This document shows, piece by piece, positions 37,200 through 49,914 of a DNA stretch of 64,000 nt (the first letter of the stretch is position 1; each line of letters starts with the position of its first letter). A program made the position numbers and the translations under genes. Origin of the DNA: Tubiluchus corallicola (lineage: Eukaryota; Animalia; Priapulida); the NCBI GenBank assembly GCA_030141605.1, contig JAQGDQ010000398.1, positions 124,001 through 188,000 on the forward strand, written 5' to 3'. A model generated the notes under the pieces. That model made no database searches. It was not told the DNA's origin and worked only from the letters and a program-made list of their open reading frames with translations.

Positions 37200-37530
37200 A
37201 GCAGTTGTCCTCCTTGTGGTTTCTTTTCTTTCTGCAGTGCTTCTTTCAAGCCTAATTTTAACAGTGTGTATCTGGTAGTCATATAACGTGTCCCATCCAT
37301 CTTATTCTTCTTTTGATTTTTACTGTCCATTCCTCTGCCTTGACTTTATTGTACAGATCCTGGTTTGGTATTTTCTTCAGGCATTTTATTCCTAGAATGT
37401 TCCTGTAGTTTTGTTCTTTGAAGTACATCGATTTCTGACTTGTAATGTACTTTGATTGTCCACAATTCTGAGTTGTTCAGAAACACAGTTTCCACAAGTG
37501 CAGCAAATATTCTTAATTTTGTTAAAGTTG
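37200..37530 (-). mobile_element. RTE-like LINE C-terminal relic
   Basis: KLRIFAALVETVFLNNSELWTI...EIDVLQR followed by WMGHV. Confidence 0.65.
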
Positions 37531-40159
37531 CTTGTGCATGGTTGTAGTAGGAATAATTATAGTGCATAATCTGTGCAGTTTTTAAACTTAATGTTGTTAA
37601 TAATCATAGCTCTGTTGGAATGGCTTGGTATTTTTTGTAAGTAAATAATGAATCAATGCAAGGAATTTTAACTGCTAATATGCCAGATTTAGCTGGATAT
37701 TGTCAACTCTGTGTTATACTCTAGGATAAAGCATGGAAGAGCATATAAGTTGAGCTGGGTCACTCAGTCACTGTTAGGTCACTAAATCATGCGAAGTTGT
37801 CCTGTTCTATCTGTGTTTTTGCTGTTTTAAGTTTTGCTATAAGTGTTTGTTATAGTGCATTTTACAACTCTTTCAAGCTATCATTAATTATTAATGCCTT
37901 CTATTGACGTTTAGTTAGTCTTGTAATGATACGTACTGCCTAGTAAACTGTTTTGTGAAACTTTTACACAATGTTTGGCAATGACAATAGCTACGCTGTA
38001 GAACTAACTTGAAATGCACCTATACATATTTAAAAATTTACAAAAATGGAAACATTGTATAGCAGCCTTTTATAAAATATTGCGTGTTGTTGCAATGGCA
38101 AAGCTAAATGATTATAACGAAAAATAAAGATCTTACTGGCATGTCTTACATCTTGTTTGATGCAAACTATGTTAATGATTGTAAATTTGTATGATAATCA
38201 TAGTAACCCAGTGAAAACCTAATTCTACTTTAACTTACTTGTGATGTGACCTGAGAAATGACACCATCTATTGGGAATTACTGAAAACTTTCCTAAAGTA
38301 TTTCTGCCTTTAAACGTTCTACTTTATTTATTGGGGATTTTGGCTTGTTAAGATTATTATAATATTTGGGTGCGTGATTTTCTTAAACAAGAGTATAGAG
38401 AATTTTTGTACTATAAATACTTGCTGCCTGTCTCACACAATATTTTATTTTAATTATCTGCGATGGTTATTCATTTAATAAAGAAGTTCCTATATAAGAA
38501 ATTGTACGAAAAGAACTTTTAAGCAAAATTTGAGTCTAAGATCACCTTTATGACAGCTCTGGTGGATGGGAAGTCATCAAAACTAATAAATTGAAAATTT
38601 AAGCAAAATGTTTCGCTTTTAATAATGAATTTCACCTAAGATGTTGAAATATTATTACCATTTTTTATTTTGTTTGTACAACTTGCATTTAATTCCTGTG
38701 GGTTTGCATTGAAGTTTCAACTTTTTTATTAATCATATAATTTGAATTTATTTGGACGTTTTGTTAAATACGCAATTATAATAGCTGACTGTGATATAGT
38801 GAAAATTGGAGCTTATGTGAAAAATATTTTATAACAGAATTTATATTTTGCTTTAAAATGCTATAAGAGTAATGTAGTTATATAGACATAAAGTTACCTC
38901 TGATTTTGTTTTCTTATTACTTTAGTGTAGAGTTGCTTTACAAATTTCTGTGACAAAAGATAAGCAAAAATATACTGCTTTATTTCGTTAATACGATGAT
39001 TCATGAAACAAACGTTTTTATTAGCAAAATTCTCAAATATTTTTTCACACATCCCATTATTTCGTTAGCCTTTTAAAGGAAATTATGTATGCTGCCCAAT
39101 AGATATTGCTATTAAATTAGCACATCAGTTTCACACTCGCAATGCTTTAAAGCAAAGCGTTCATCTGCATAATCTTAAACTTGAAAGATAATGTTATTCA
39201 AGACAAAATATAAACAAAACGTTTTGCCTGAAGGTAAATTCGTGCTATTCTGAGACTTGTGGTTATCAGGTTTGCAATTTAATGGCTTTTCTTTTGGGTA
39301 GAAAACATTTAGAACGTGCTTATCTCGAAATAAATTTGGCATAATACACTGGCTGGTACTACCGTTAGTAATTTCTTCTGACTTTGATACCATTGGTACA
39401 AATCTACTGACATTCTTTGGAAGCGAGGTTTCTTGTTCTCGTACTTCTATTGCATTCTGTGTCAGAAGCAAAGACGTTGCACTGCCACACAGAACGAACA
39501 TGATGTTTTGCACAGTGTCAGCGCATCTGAGTTTTCTTAAGCACCTTCGGAATGCACCGGATAACTCCATCTCTGAAATGTTCAAATATAAAGCTTACGT
39601 TTCATTTTCTCTTGTTCCTCCTTTCGTTTTGATCTATGAACAATACAGTGTATATATATATCTGTATATATGGGATGTCTCAAAAGTCGCTATACGCTTT
39701 GACTTTTAATTTTCCTTTTTTAAAATTTTTCTCCAATCTCGGCAAGCTCTTACGCGAGCGTACTACCATTGAACTGCGTCAGCCAGACTAACTAAACTAC
39801 GCCGTTATAAATACTAGCTGTCTTTGGCCACGTATATACGTATTGTGATAAGATATGAAGCAATTCAGATAGCTAAGATTGATCTGCAAGAGCAACGATA
39901 ACCGAACGAACGGACTGACTTAGACTGAGTTTTTCACATAACTTCTTCCGGCCACATATGCCAAATTACACAAACTTTTAAAACTAGGTCTTTCATACCT
40001 ATAACACATACAATGTATATGTACACTTCAACAGGGATATGTGTCTGTATAGATTTCGTCATGGAAAGATAAGTAAGCACTATCAGGGTATATAGAGATT
40101 AAAACACCACAGCATGATACAGAATTACCACATAAATGATACAGAATTACCATGTAAAT

Positions 40160-40500
40160 GATGCTTTCTTAAGGCTAAGCAAATTTAAAGTTTTGAAAAA
40201 CATCTTTTTCAGTCTAATCTCTTTAATTAATAGATGTCTATTTCGTCACAATGCAGTTAGTTGCTGACGGTTCAAAAAATTCTTTGAGAAATAATATTAT
40301 TCTTTCAAAAAAACTTATAAGAAACAAAATTTGTACATAAAAACGTGCCAGGAAGATTAAACGCAAAAGGCTTAAATGGGTGGATCATGCTCTAAAGTTA
40401 CCAGAAGATAGTCCACTTCCTAAAGCTTTCCTTGAATCAATTCTACTACCAAAAAGATCAAGAGACCATGTACAGATTACGTACTTGGGTAAATTTCCCT
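40160..40500 (+). mobile_element. RTE-like LINE C-terminal relic
   Basis: IKRKRLKWVDHALKLPEDSP resembles the RTE motif RRLRW.GH..R. Confidence 0.55.
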
Positions 40501-40805
40501 AAAAAATATCTCAATGGATCCCCTTAAACTCGGAAAGATAATTCATCTTGGAGAAGAGCCAAGGAAGGTTAACAATATTATGTCTTTCCACGAATGAAAT
40601 CAATACAATGGAATGATGATTATGCTGTCACAAGCAAATAATAAATAATTCTCAGAAATGGAGAAAATTAAACAGTGGGTTATATCTCTTGAAACAATAC
40701 AAGTTAGCACATTTGTATCTGTCTTTGGTCAATCATTCTAATTACTTTAATCAAAGTGTCTCAGGTAGCTACTGCAGTTTAATGTTGTTTAAATGAGACG
40801 CAAAG

Positions 40806-41153
40806 ATGTACGGCAATTTCATTTCATTTACTGCATCATTGTTTCTTACTGCCTCATTTGACATTGTGTTTTGCGAATCGCTTCCAACCACCTGGACTCC
40901 AACTATTGTCATATCCCCGTGTAACCCTGTTGAAGATCGTCCGCAGATCTGCTCTTTCGAAGTAGTAACAGAAGGGCACAGAGAAGACATTCAACATTTT
41001 TGTCGTATCTGGTGCGGTGTTAATGAATCGCTTGATTTGGACACGAAATTGTACATTTGCAGACGGGAGGGCATCAAAACACGTCCGTCTCGAGAGAAGC
41101 CTACTGAGCCACTCGAGTGGAATATACTTGAGAATATATACAATCACTCTTAG
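40806..41153 (+). CDS. Hypothetical small secreted Cys-containing protein (115 aa)
   Basis: ATG-initiated ORF with a hydrophobic N-terminus (FISFTASLFLTASFDIVFC), several Cys and non-repetitive composition. No recognisable homology. Confidence 0.35.
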   Translation: MYGNFISFTASLFLTASFDIVFCESLPTTWTPTIVISPCNPVEDRPQICSFEVVTEGHREDIQHFCRIWCGVNESLDLDTKLYICRREGIKTRPSREKPTEPLEWNILENIYNHS

Positions 41154-41789
41154 GCCTATTTCTAACACAATTGATCTGCTTTCTGGACATGATGCTTAAT
41201 AAGCGGCCTTAATTTACAACTGTAGCCGTAAATGAGAATCAGAGGTTCTCATTAACCATTAATGGCAGTGTCTTCATGTGTTTTATATGGCCGCTTATCA
41301 TTGTTGGTTTTATAAGTTCAGTACATAGAGCACCAAATAATAGATAAAAAACCGCATTTATGTATTTATTTATTTGATTATTTTTCATTTAATTATTTAT
41401 TTTGTATTGCGGCCGCAATACAAATAAACATAACAAAAAATAAAATGAAATTCAAATGACAATAAAAATAGAAGCTATCAATTTTTTGCACTATTTACGG
41501 AATTGACATGCGGTTAAAACACGTACAGTAAAATTGCTTATATGTCGATATTAAATTTCGAAAATTTAATCAAAATTGACAAGTTTTAGCCTTTTTTTAA
41601 AAGAGAAATTATTTTATTGACCAAGTGTTCTTCATTTACAGATGAGGATAGTACGTTCCATATCTTGACAACACTATTTCTAAAAAATATTTTAAATAAT
41701 CTGTTCAGCAAATTTAACAAAGTATTTTTATGACTTCTTGCGGCAGAAGAAGCATGAATAAAAATGCGTTAAAATTTGCGTCCTAATTC

Positions 41790-44700
41790 ATTACCAGATT
41801 CTTATCGAAAACTGATACATACATGTCTAACATTACTGTACACAAAGATTTAGTCAAAACACTATTAAGTAACGTCAATACGAGCAAATCTGTAGGTCCT
41901 GATGGAATAAGCAACAAAGTACTTAAGCTTTGTGCAGATTCATTATCAAGCCTATTAACCCGACTGTTTAACTTGTCATTACAGTCAGGTCATTTTCCTA
42001 GCTTGTGGAAAGTTGCAAATGTCTGCCCCATACACAAAGGCGGAGATAGACAGCTCGTTTCGAACTGCAGACCCGTGGCGATACTTTCATGTATGTCCAA
42101 GATTCTAGAACGCGTTGTCTTTAATCAGATGTATAACTACTTTGCTATTGATAATAACTTATTGACGGAAAAGAACTCGGGGTTTAAATCAAACGATAAC
42201 ACAATCAACCAGCTAGCTTCAATCGTTCACAATTTGTATACAAGTTTAGACGACGGTGCTGAAATCTGTAGCGTTTTTCTGGACATCAGTAAAGCTTTTG
42301 ATAAGGTGTGGCATGTGGGCTTGATATTCAAATTAAAGCAGTATGGAGTAAGTGGCCAACTTCTGTTTTGGCTATCATCTTACCTTCGAAACCGAACACA
42401 AAGAGTAACACTAAACGGTAATACATCTGATGCGAAGTCACTTTTATCTAACGTCCCCCAAGGTTCTATCTTAGGTCCCCTTCTATGTTTAGTGTATGCT
42501 AATGATATTACAGAAGACATTCAATCTGATATTCGCCTTTTTGCAGACGATACGGTTTTAATGGATTCGTTTAAGGATGACCCACATACATCAGCAAATC
42601 GCTTAAAGGCAGATCTCAGAATAATTGAAAACTGGGCCAAACGTTGGTTGGTTAAATTTAATCCTAATAAGACCGAAGTCATGGTTTCTCCCGTAAATCC
42701 AATGCTCCTCAATATTCTACTCTGTATTTATCTAATACTCCACTGAAAACAGTAAATGTTCACAAACACTTAGGTATCCATCTTACATCTGATCTGAACT
42801 GGAACTATCACGTCTCAAAAATGGTAGACAAAGCAAATCTAAAGCTAAACAACTTTCGACGCGTGTCAGTTAAAATGCCCAGAGCTACGCGGGAACGATA
42901 ATTCATTACGACTATCCTCCCTGCCATCAAATACGGTAACGTAGTATGGTCCGGATACAGTGAAAACGTTTATTAGAAAATATTCAGCTAACTGCTGCTA
43001 GAATCTGTTCTGGCGCTATGTTTCGATCTTCCCCTGCAAGTATCTTGTATGATAGCGGCTTCACTAAATTAGTGACGCGCTTCCATTATCGTCGTCTATG
43101 TCTTTTTTTCAAAATAATCAATGACTTAGCGCCCCACTATTTAAGTACAATTCTGCCGCCAAAGGTAAACGAAGTTACCCCCTATTATATATGCGGTGGT
43201 ACTAAATACAGAAATTTTAATTGCCGTTCTGTTAGCTGTGAAAAATCGTTTTTCATATCGACCATTAATATGTGGAACAACTTACCACAGAACGTTCGTG
43301 AAATTACATCCATTCACAATTCAAACAAGAGCTCAAATCTCATTTAAGTTTTTCGTTGCGTAAGAAACATTTTTCAATTGGTGTAACCTCCAATATGTTA
43401 TGAATAAATTTCGAAATCATGAATTAAGTGATTAATTAATGGAGTTATCAACTTCATTACATTATGTTGATAAAGAGACCTCCTAATTGGATTAGATAAA
43501 TTTATTGAAAGATTATGGGAACTCACTTAGCTGGTTAAAGCACATATTTAATGCGAGGCAAGAAATTATCGTCACAGAGTTTGTGTTTACAAGGAATAGA
43601 ACAGGTGTTCATTTAGAGAGTAAAAGTTTGTCACAGGTGTTTATTTAAGAGAGCGTAGAAATTGCAGGTGTTTAGTTTAGAGGAAGCGAAGCTTATTTTT
43701 ATAACATTGCGTGGTTAGATAATAAGCCTCATGTAATGTTATGCGGAGTTGTCGAACTATAATTGAGAAGAAGCAGAAAGTGGTTCCTTTCTTGAACGAG
43801 AGTTTATAACCCAAGCGACGCAATGAACAATCTCTCGGGTTGATGAAGTGAAGGACAAGGCGAGTAGCGGTGTTTTTCTCATGTAAGAAGCTACGTTACC
43901 TGCCATCTGGATGGTCATAAACCACCAAGCCAAGAACGTAACCTTTGAACTATTGCGACGCGTTGCGGCGTTAGCGCGCAATGTTACGAAACTCTATTAG
44001 AGTATATAAGATGGTGTTTTGGAAGAACACGTGGCTAGTCGTTTGCGGAACACGTTGCTAGTCGGATGTGAATCGAACGTGAGTGAGTTCGTCAGTCAGA
44101 GAGAAGGGAGAAGATCAAGTCTGGAGAGGCTACAGGAGTTCTGAGAGAAGCAAAGACACGTTAGACCCAGCGTAGACAACAATCTGCGTCCTCAACGACT
44201 TGAGCACTGGATCTGCGAATAGAGTCTTGCAGCGGAATTGGATTTGACCAATTGAACAGTTGTCATTGGTCATTCCACCAAGTTAAGTGATCTTAACATA
44301 TCGTAACTTGAGAGCAACTCTGCATAGTAGTAAATCACAGTAATAGACACCTTAAGTGTAACGTGTAGTCGATTGTAATTGCATACTTCACATTGTAATA
44401 AGCACCTTAAGTGCGAAGCAAGGAAATAGTTAAGTGAATCGGATTAGTGTCTCTTGCAGCTAATTATTAATTGTGAGCGTCTTTGGCGATTAAGATCAAA
44501 CATTGTAAAATTAGTTGACTAAGAGTAATTGTTGTAAAACAATAAACGGATTTCACTTTAACTTAAAGGAATAGTTTGTGTATGCTTATAGGTGTTTCAG
44601 TTAAGCAACATTAAATTCTGTAAACGAATCTGAAGATTTGCTGTGTACATTAAGTTAATTTACAAGTTCAATTGCGGGAACTTTTGCTAGTAAGCTTTAG

Positions 44701-45575
44701 AGATAAATACTCTAATCACAACGTGGAGTCATAGAAACAGTCTTGTGGGAAGATATCACAGCTCTATAGACTTTATCTTAAGCTCTAGGAGCCAGGTTGT
44801 AAATAACGTTATAGCAATTAATGTAATAGAAGCGAATCACTCTTTAAATAAGTCGTGTGTCTCCTTAGGTCACGTGTTATACGATCACGAGCGAGAGATA
44901 AGAATCAATATTAATTAGAGAGATTAATAATACATGATAACGAATACGATAATTGGTACTAGTGACCATGGTAAAGAGGAGAAACCGATAAATATCAGTG
45001 CATCATACGCGCATGAGAATCGGATTTTCTCAGCTAAACTATGACCTTTTCTCTAAAGATAATAACGGTCATTCAATATTGCCGAATTGTAACTGTGGAT
45101 TTCGATTTGAGTCTGTTTAACACTTTTTGTTGCACTGCCCATTGTATCAACAAACTAGGGCTGTTATGTTTGACAAATTAAGTGAAATAATTCTGCCTGA
45201 AAACCTTAATATAGCTGCCTTAGGAAGTAAGGATCTGTTGAAGTTGTTATTATTCGGAAAAGATGAATTTAATTATGTTGTTAATTGTGAAATATTCCAA
45301 TGCGTACATGACTTTATGTTACGTACTAAACGCTTCCAGTAGTTTCTATCTGATATAAAATGCATCAGTCTTAAATAATCGTACATAAATACTTTCGAAA
45401 CGTCATTTTCTTCTAATGTCTAATGTAATCTTGTAGTAAAACTTGTCAGCTTGTGTAGTTATAGTCAATTCTTACTGTAAATGTTCTTGTAAATAATGTA
45501 TAAAATCTGTTGTGGTGAGGATCCTAAATCATGTTGTTCAAACTGTCTCATGCAATCCTATAATAAATTAAACTA
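41790..45575 (+). mobile_element. 5'-truncated LINE (RT domain), frameshifted and interrupted by an LTR-like insert
   Basis: KSVGPDGIS, RPVAILSCMSKILE, FLDISKAFDKVWH, VPQGSILGP, LFADD; C-terminal HHTRMRIG...CNCG..E...HFLLHCP; AATAAA tail near 45562. Confidence 0.92.
43382..44980 (+). mobile_element. LTR-like insertion (solo or truncated LTR retrotransposon) nested in the LINE
   Basis: Starts TGTAAC; TATATAA near 44004; AATAAA at 44541; non-coding; followed by PBS-like TGGTACTAGTGACC. LINE coding resumes about 44981. No clean terminal CA. Confidence 0.6.
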
Positions 45576-45714
45576 ACAATACCTGTCCACCGATGCAAAT
45601 ATTTTAACTTGGTATACTGTCAAGCCACTAATTGCTTTATTATCGGTTTTGAGAAAACAAACTTCGAAAACCTGTGAGTTCGGCGAACGAACCGGCGTAG
45701 TCATGTAGTTTATT

Positions 45715-46030
45715 TACATTGTTGTCGCTGTCAATGTTGTTTATATTAGTAGTGGTTGTTGTGGTTGACAACTGTCATTATTCGTGCTATTACTGCTAAT
45801 TGCTTCTGCTACTGTAATAGTAGTAGTGGTAGTGGTAGTGGTAGTGGTAGTGGTAGTGGTAGTGGTAGTGGTAGTGGCAGTAGCAGTAGTAGTAGCAGTA
45901 GCAGCTGTTGTTGTTGTTGTTGTATTGTTGTTTATGTTGGGGTTGTGTTGCTTTGTTGTTGTTGCTGCTGCTGTCACTGTCTTTGTTGCTGTATGAAATG
46001 TAATATTTATCATTTGTTGTTGTTGCAACC
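45715..46030. repeat. Compound microsatellite (GTAGTG)n/(GTT)n/(GCT)n
   Basis: Read directly; it explains the poly-T, poly-V and SG-repeat ORFs. Confidence 0.92.
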
Positions 46031-49000
46031 ATTGTATAAAACGTCTCTAATTTTTTCTTTCCTTTTTTATTTTTAAAAGTTTTAGTTTTTGCACTTTTAC
46101 AATTGCTGTTCATATGGAAATTATAAAAGAAAGAAAATTTCATAACTGATCGGAAAACTCTAAGTTCAATTCTGAGTTGGCTTTCCAAGATTTCTGCAAC
46201 TAAATCTATTAATTATATTTTTCCGTTAATTAAACTTTACAGTAAGTTATGAAATAGGTATAACACAGGTCAAAGGCACATACATGTGACTTATTGGAAA
46301 ACATTCAAGATAAAATAAATCCTTAGCTTATTAAGTTAAACAATTTGGACCTGCCTATTACTGCCACATTTAAATATGACGTTGCTGTGAATAAGTGAAT
46401 AAGACTTAATGCGAAGAGTAAAGAGATGCTAGGAAAATGTATGATTAATAGTTCAGAAATAGGATTAATGATTCGATAACTGAATATGAGGGATATTTAG
46501 AAGGGAAGCCACGGCCACGCAGGAAGCCGACATTAAGGCGTGGTCGTCACGTGATTATCTCCACTAAGAATTCCAAATATGGAAATGGCCCTTCCGAGCC
46601 GTCTGTTGGGCGTCAATTATAGCGCATGCGCTGTCAGTCTGAAACCTGACGGAAGCCAAGTTAGTCAGGCTCTCAGATCTGGTCGGAAGGTCTCAGAGGC
46701 AAGGAGCAGATCATGGGGGGCTGGCATAGCTATGACATGTATACTCTTATGTAATATATTATTGTGAAATAAATGTGTTAATCGTCATCAATTCAGATCT
46801 TATAGCTTTGTCACCACCACACGTCAATAAACGGTTACTGCCACCTTCATAATCCATCAACAAGTACTAGCACTACACGACACAGCCCATAAATTTTACT
46901 GAAGCATCTCGTATATTGAAGTAAGTAAAGTCAAAAATGTATATCGAAACAAAAGTTCATAGAACACGGAAAATATACATATAGCTCATAGAACATATTC
47001 TGAGGACAACCTAAACTAACTTTGTCAGTTATGTTAAGCTGATGTACTTCGCTTTTTTATCTGAACACTATAATTTGCATATGCTCAGGTATACACACTC
47101 TGGTACATGTTATCACGATACTGCATGAGGTTGTGCGAGACTTTCAGCCATTTAATTGGTCAAGGTTATTTCAAATCTAAATTTGCGACTTGACAGACTT
47201 AAAAACTCTACAATTTTTAACAAGGTCACAGCAGACAAAAAGTCTATGCAAAGAGACCAAAATATGTTTCGTGAACAGCTCTATATTAAAAAACTTTCGA
47301 TTGTTTGCCTTAAAAAATCGTCCAGAGAGTAGTAAAAGCAAAAAACAGCCTAGCTGATGATTTTTCCGGACGGAAGTTTTAAGATAAAAAATCATTTTCC
47401 AAATTTACCGCTGTGCTCATGCATGAGCTGTCAAACGTGTGTAGTTCATCACAAACTGACACATCTTAACAGGGAGGTACAGCATCCGGTTTTTATGTAA
47501 TGCATTTCCGAGATGCAGGTGCAAAAAATCGTCTAATTAGCGAGTGGTGAAATGCGTGAAAGTTGGGGCGAAATTTGTTTATGTGGTAATAATTCTTTCA
47601 CGTTAGTCATTCTTGAAAAAATAGTGTTTCCTTTCTATATTTTAAAGATTTTCTACGATTTGTTTTGGCCTACAGTTTCAGAATGGGTCTGGTTTTGCTG
47701 TAAGCAATGTCGCTTAGAGATAGTTTCCGTATGCTAAGTCTGAGAGTTCACTAATCAAACTTTTGCAAAAGATGTTCTATTATAATTTTTACATATTGGT
47801 CCAATATATACGAAAAAATAATATGCATTGAACCTAATGTGTAACCATTATATAGATATGTCTAAATATGCATTAATAAGCACAATGTGATTGAATAATA
47901 CTGTAAAATATATTGTAATATTGCTAACACTATTAAGATGATTATTTTATTAAATTTCATCCCCCCAGATTGTCCCATATTTATTCAACGATATCTTTTT
48001 ACAGAGCTTGTACCTTGTGACAGCTTAGGAGGTTTTGATCTCAGGTGGTCAGGGGTACCCATTCAACCGTTTGTGTATTTCACCAAAGCATATTTTCTTT
48101 CGAAGATGCAAGATCCGACTACGGAATTTACATGGTGCAGGGTATGAATAGCCAACGATGTTTTAACTCTTCGTTATTAATTTTGGCTTCTTGCTCAATC
48201 GCTAATCTTTTCAGGTTTTGGCAGTTTTCCTGACGTTCCTAAACACAGGAGCTAATGGTCAATACAAGGGTGTAAATGATGTTGCGAAGCTTCCTCATCT
48301 TGCTTCGGAGGATAGGAAAGCTCACAAGGCTTTAGAAAACGGTAAGAAAAATATGCCTTAATGACAAAGACCCCAATTGACTACAATTACTTTTCTTTTT
48401 GCTTTTTCTAAACAGTGATATAACAACTGACGTCAAGAATTCTCGTTGACTGCCCAATCAGCTTGCAAAATTTTTCACCTCCCTAAGAGTTTAATTAACG
48501 CCAGCGCTTTAGGGACATTTAGCTGCAGCTGCGTATTGCCGGGCATCTAATACTTTTATGAAAAATGCTCAATGTCTCTCTTGAAGAATTTTCAAAACTT
48601 CTATAACGCACGTCGTTTAGAAAATACAGAATCAGTTTAATCGATTATAGGTTTGAAATCAGGGAAAAAAGTAGATCCGTGATGCAGATATCAATCAAGC
48701 TAAAATCAGCTCTCAAATCATCTCTCAGAAGAGACACGCGAGTTACTCATCAAGATTTTCGCGGCTTTGTCTAATATCTAATTCCATCCTTCTATTACAA
48801 TGTGCATCGACACAAATGATGAACAAACATTTTCAATTTAGCAATGAGCCATTTTTGGTGTCTTTAGGAAAACATGAAACCTCATTTCATTTTGTCACCA
48901 CAACATTTGAGTTTTTCATGCACTACAAAGCAAGTCAGTAGAAATCATGAAAAAACATTTTGATTTAGCAATGAGCCTTTTATGGTTTCTTTGGCAAAAT

Positions 49001-49914
49001 ATAAAACTACATTCCATTTTGATACCACTGCATTGGAGGTTTTTATATCTACATCAATAGCAAACCCTCTTAATTACGTTAATTACGTATCTAATGGACG
49101 TGGTACAGACACCCTCTGTCCTCTAATGAGAGTTTAACCCCTGATGAGTAAAGACATGTGCTGTTTCATGCTTATTTATTTCACAAATGTAGGCAGATTT
49201 ACTTTCATATTTAAAATCATGTGTAAACGTCAGATATTACATATTTTTCACTTAATTTTGATTCGTACCAAGAAAGCAGAGATGACCCATATGAAATCTT
49301 CTTAAATATCTTACTCTTTCGTGACGCGTATAAAGTTTTTACTCCATTGCATAAGCGAAAGCTTTTACTCAAGACTAAAGACAGAAGTTTATACTAAACT
49401 CTTTAGTAGATACTACAGATCCCCCGTGATAGTAGTAAAAACTTTCTACTTCCCTTCAGATGATCAATCATTTGCTTTTACCAAACATCTTGCATTCTCT
49501 AAAGCATAGTAGATGCTAAGATTGTCTTCAGCGTCTTCAAGGGGTTTCATTGTTTTTTGACCAGACGGTCTGCATTTTGTGACAAACCTGCTCAAAAATG
49601 TCTGAAGAGGAAGACGTGAAAAAAACGGCTGAAGAAGATATGCAATTTTTTTGTCAAGTGGCTGAAAAGAAGAGGAAAATTCTTATTCAAAAGTCAATGT
49701 TATCTCGAAGCGGCGTGGTGTTAGGACGTAATTTTGTTGCTCTGATTGTCACTGTGTTTACTAAGTTTTTTGCTCAAACTAGTAATGGAAAGTTATATGT
49801 ACATGTGCATAAACGTATGCAGCACCTGAATATGTGAGAATTTTGGTGAAAATTCAAGTGGTTTTTGAATTATTAACGAAAAACTATTCAAAAATAGCAA
49901 AGGATTGGTGTGTA

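Noticed and set aside
46438-46881. GC-richer LTR-like segment with AATAAA, ending in ACA
   Set aside because: The left boundary and TSD could not be identified.
47938-48345. Possible exon or transposase fragments
   Set aside because: No consistent frame or confident motif.
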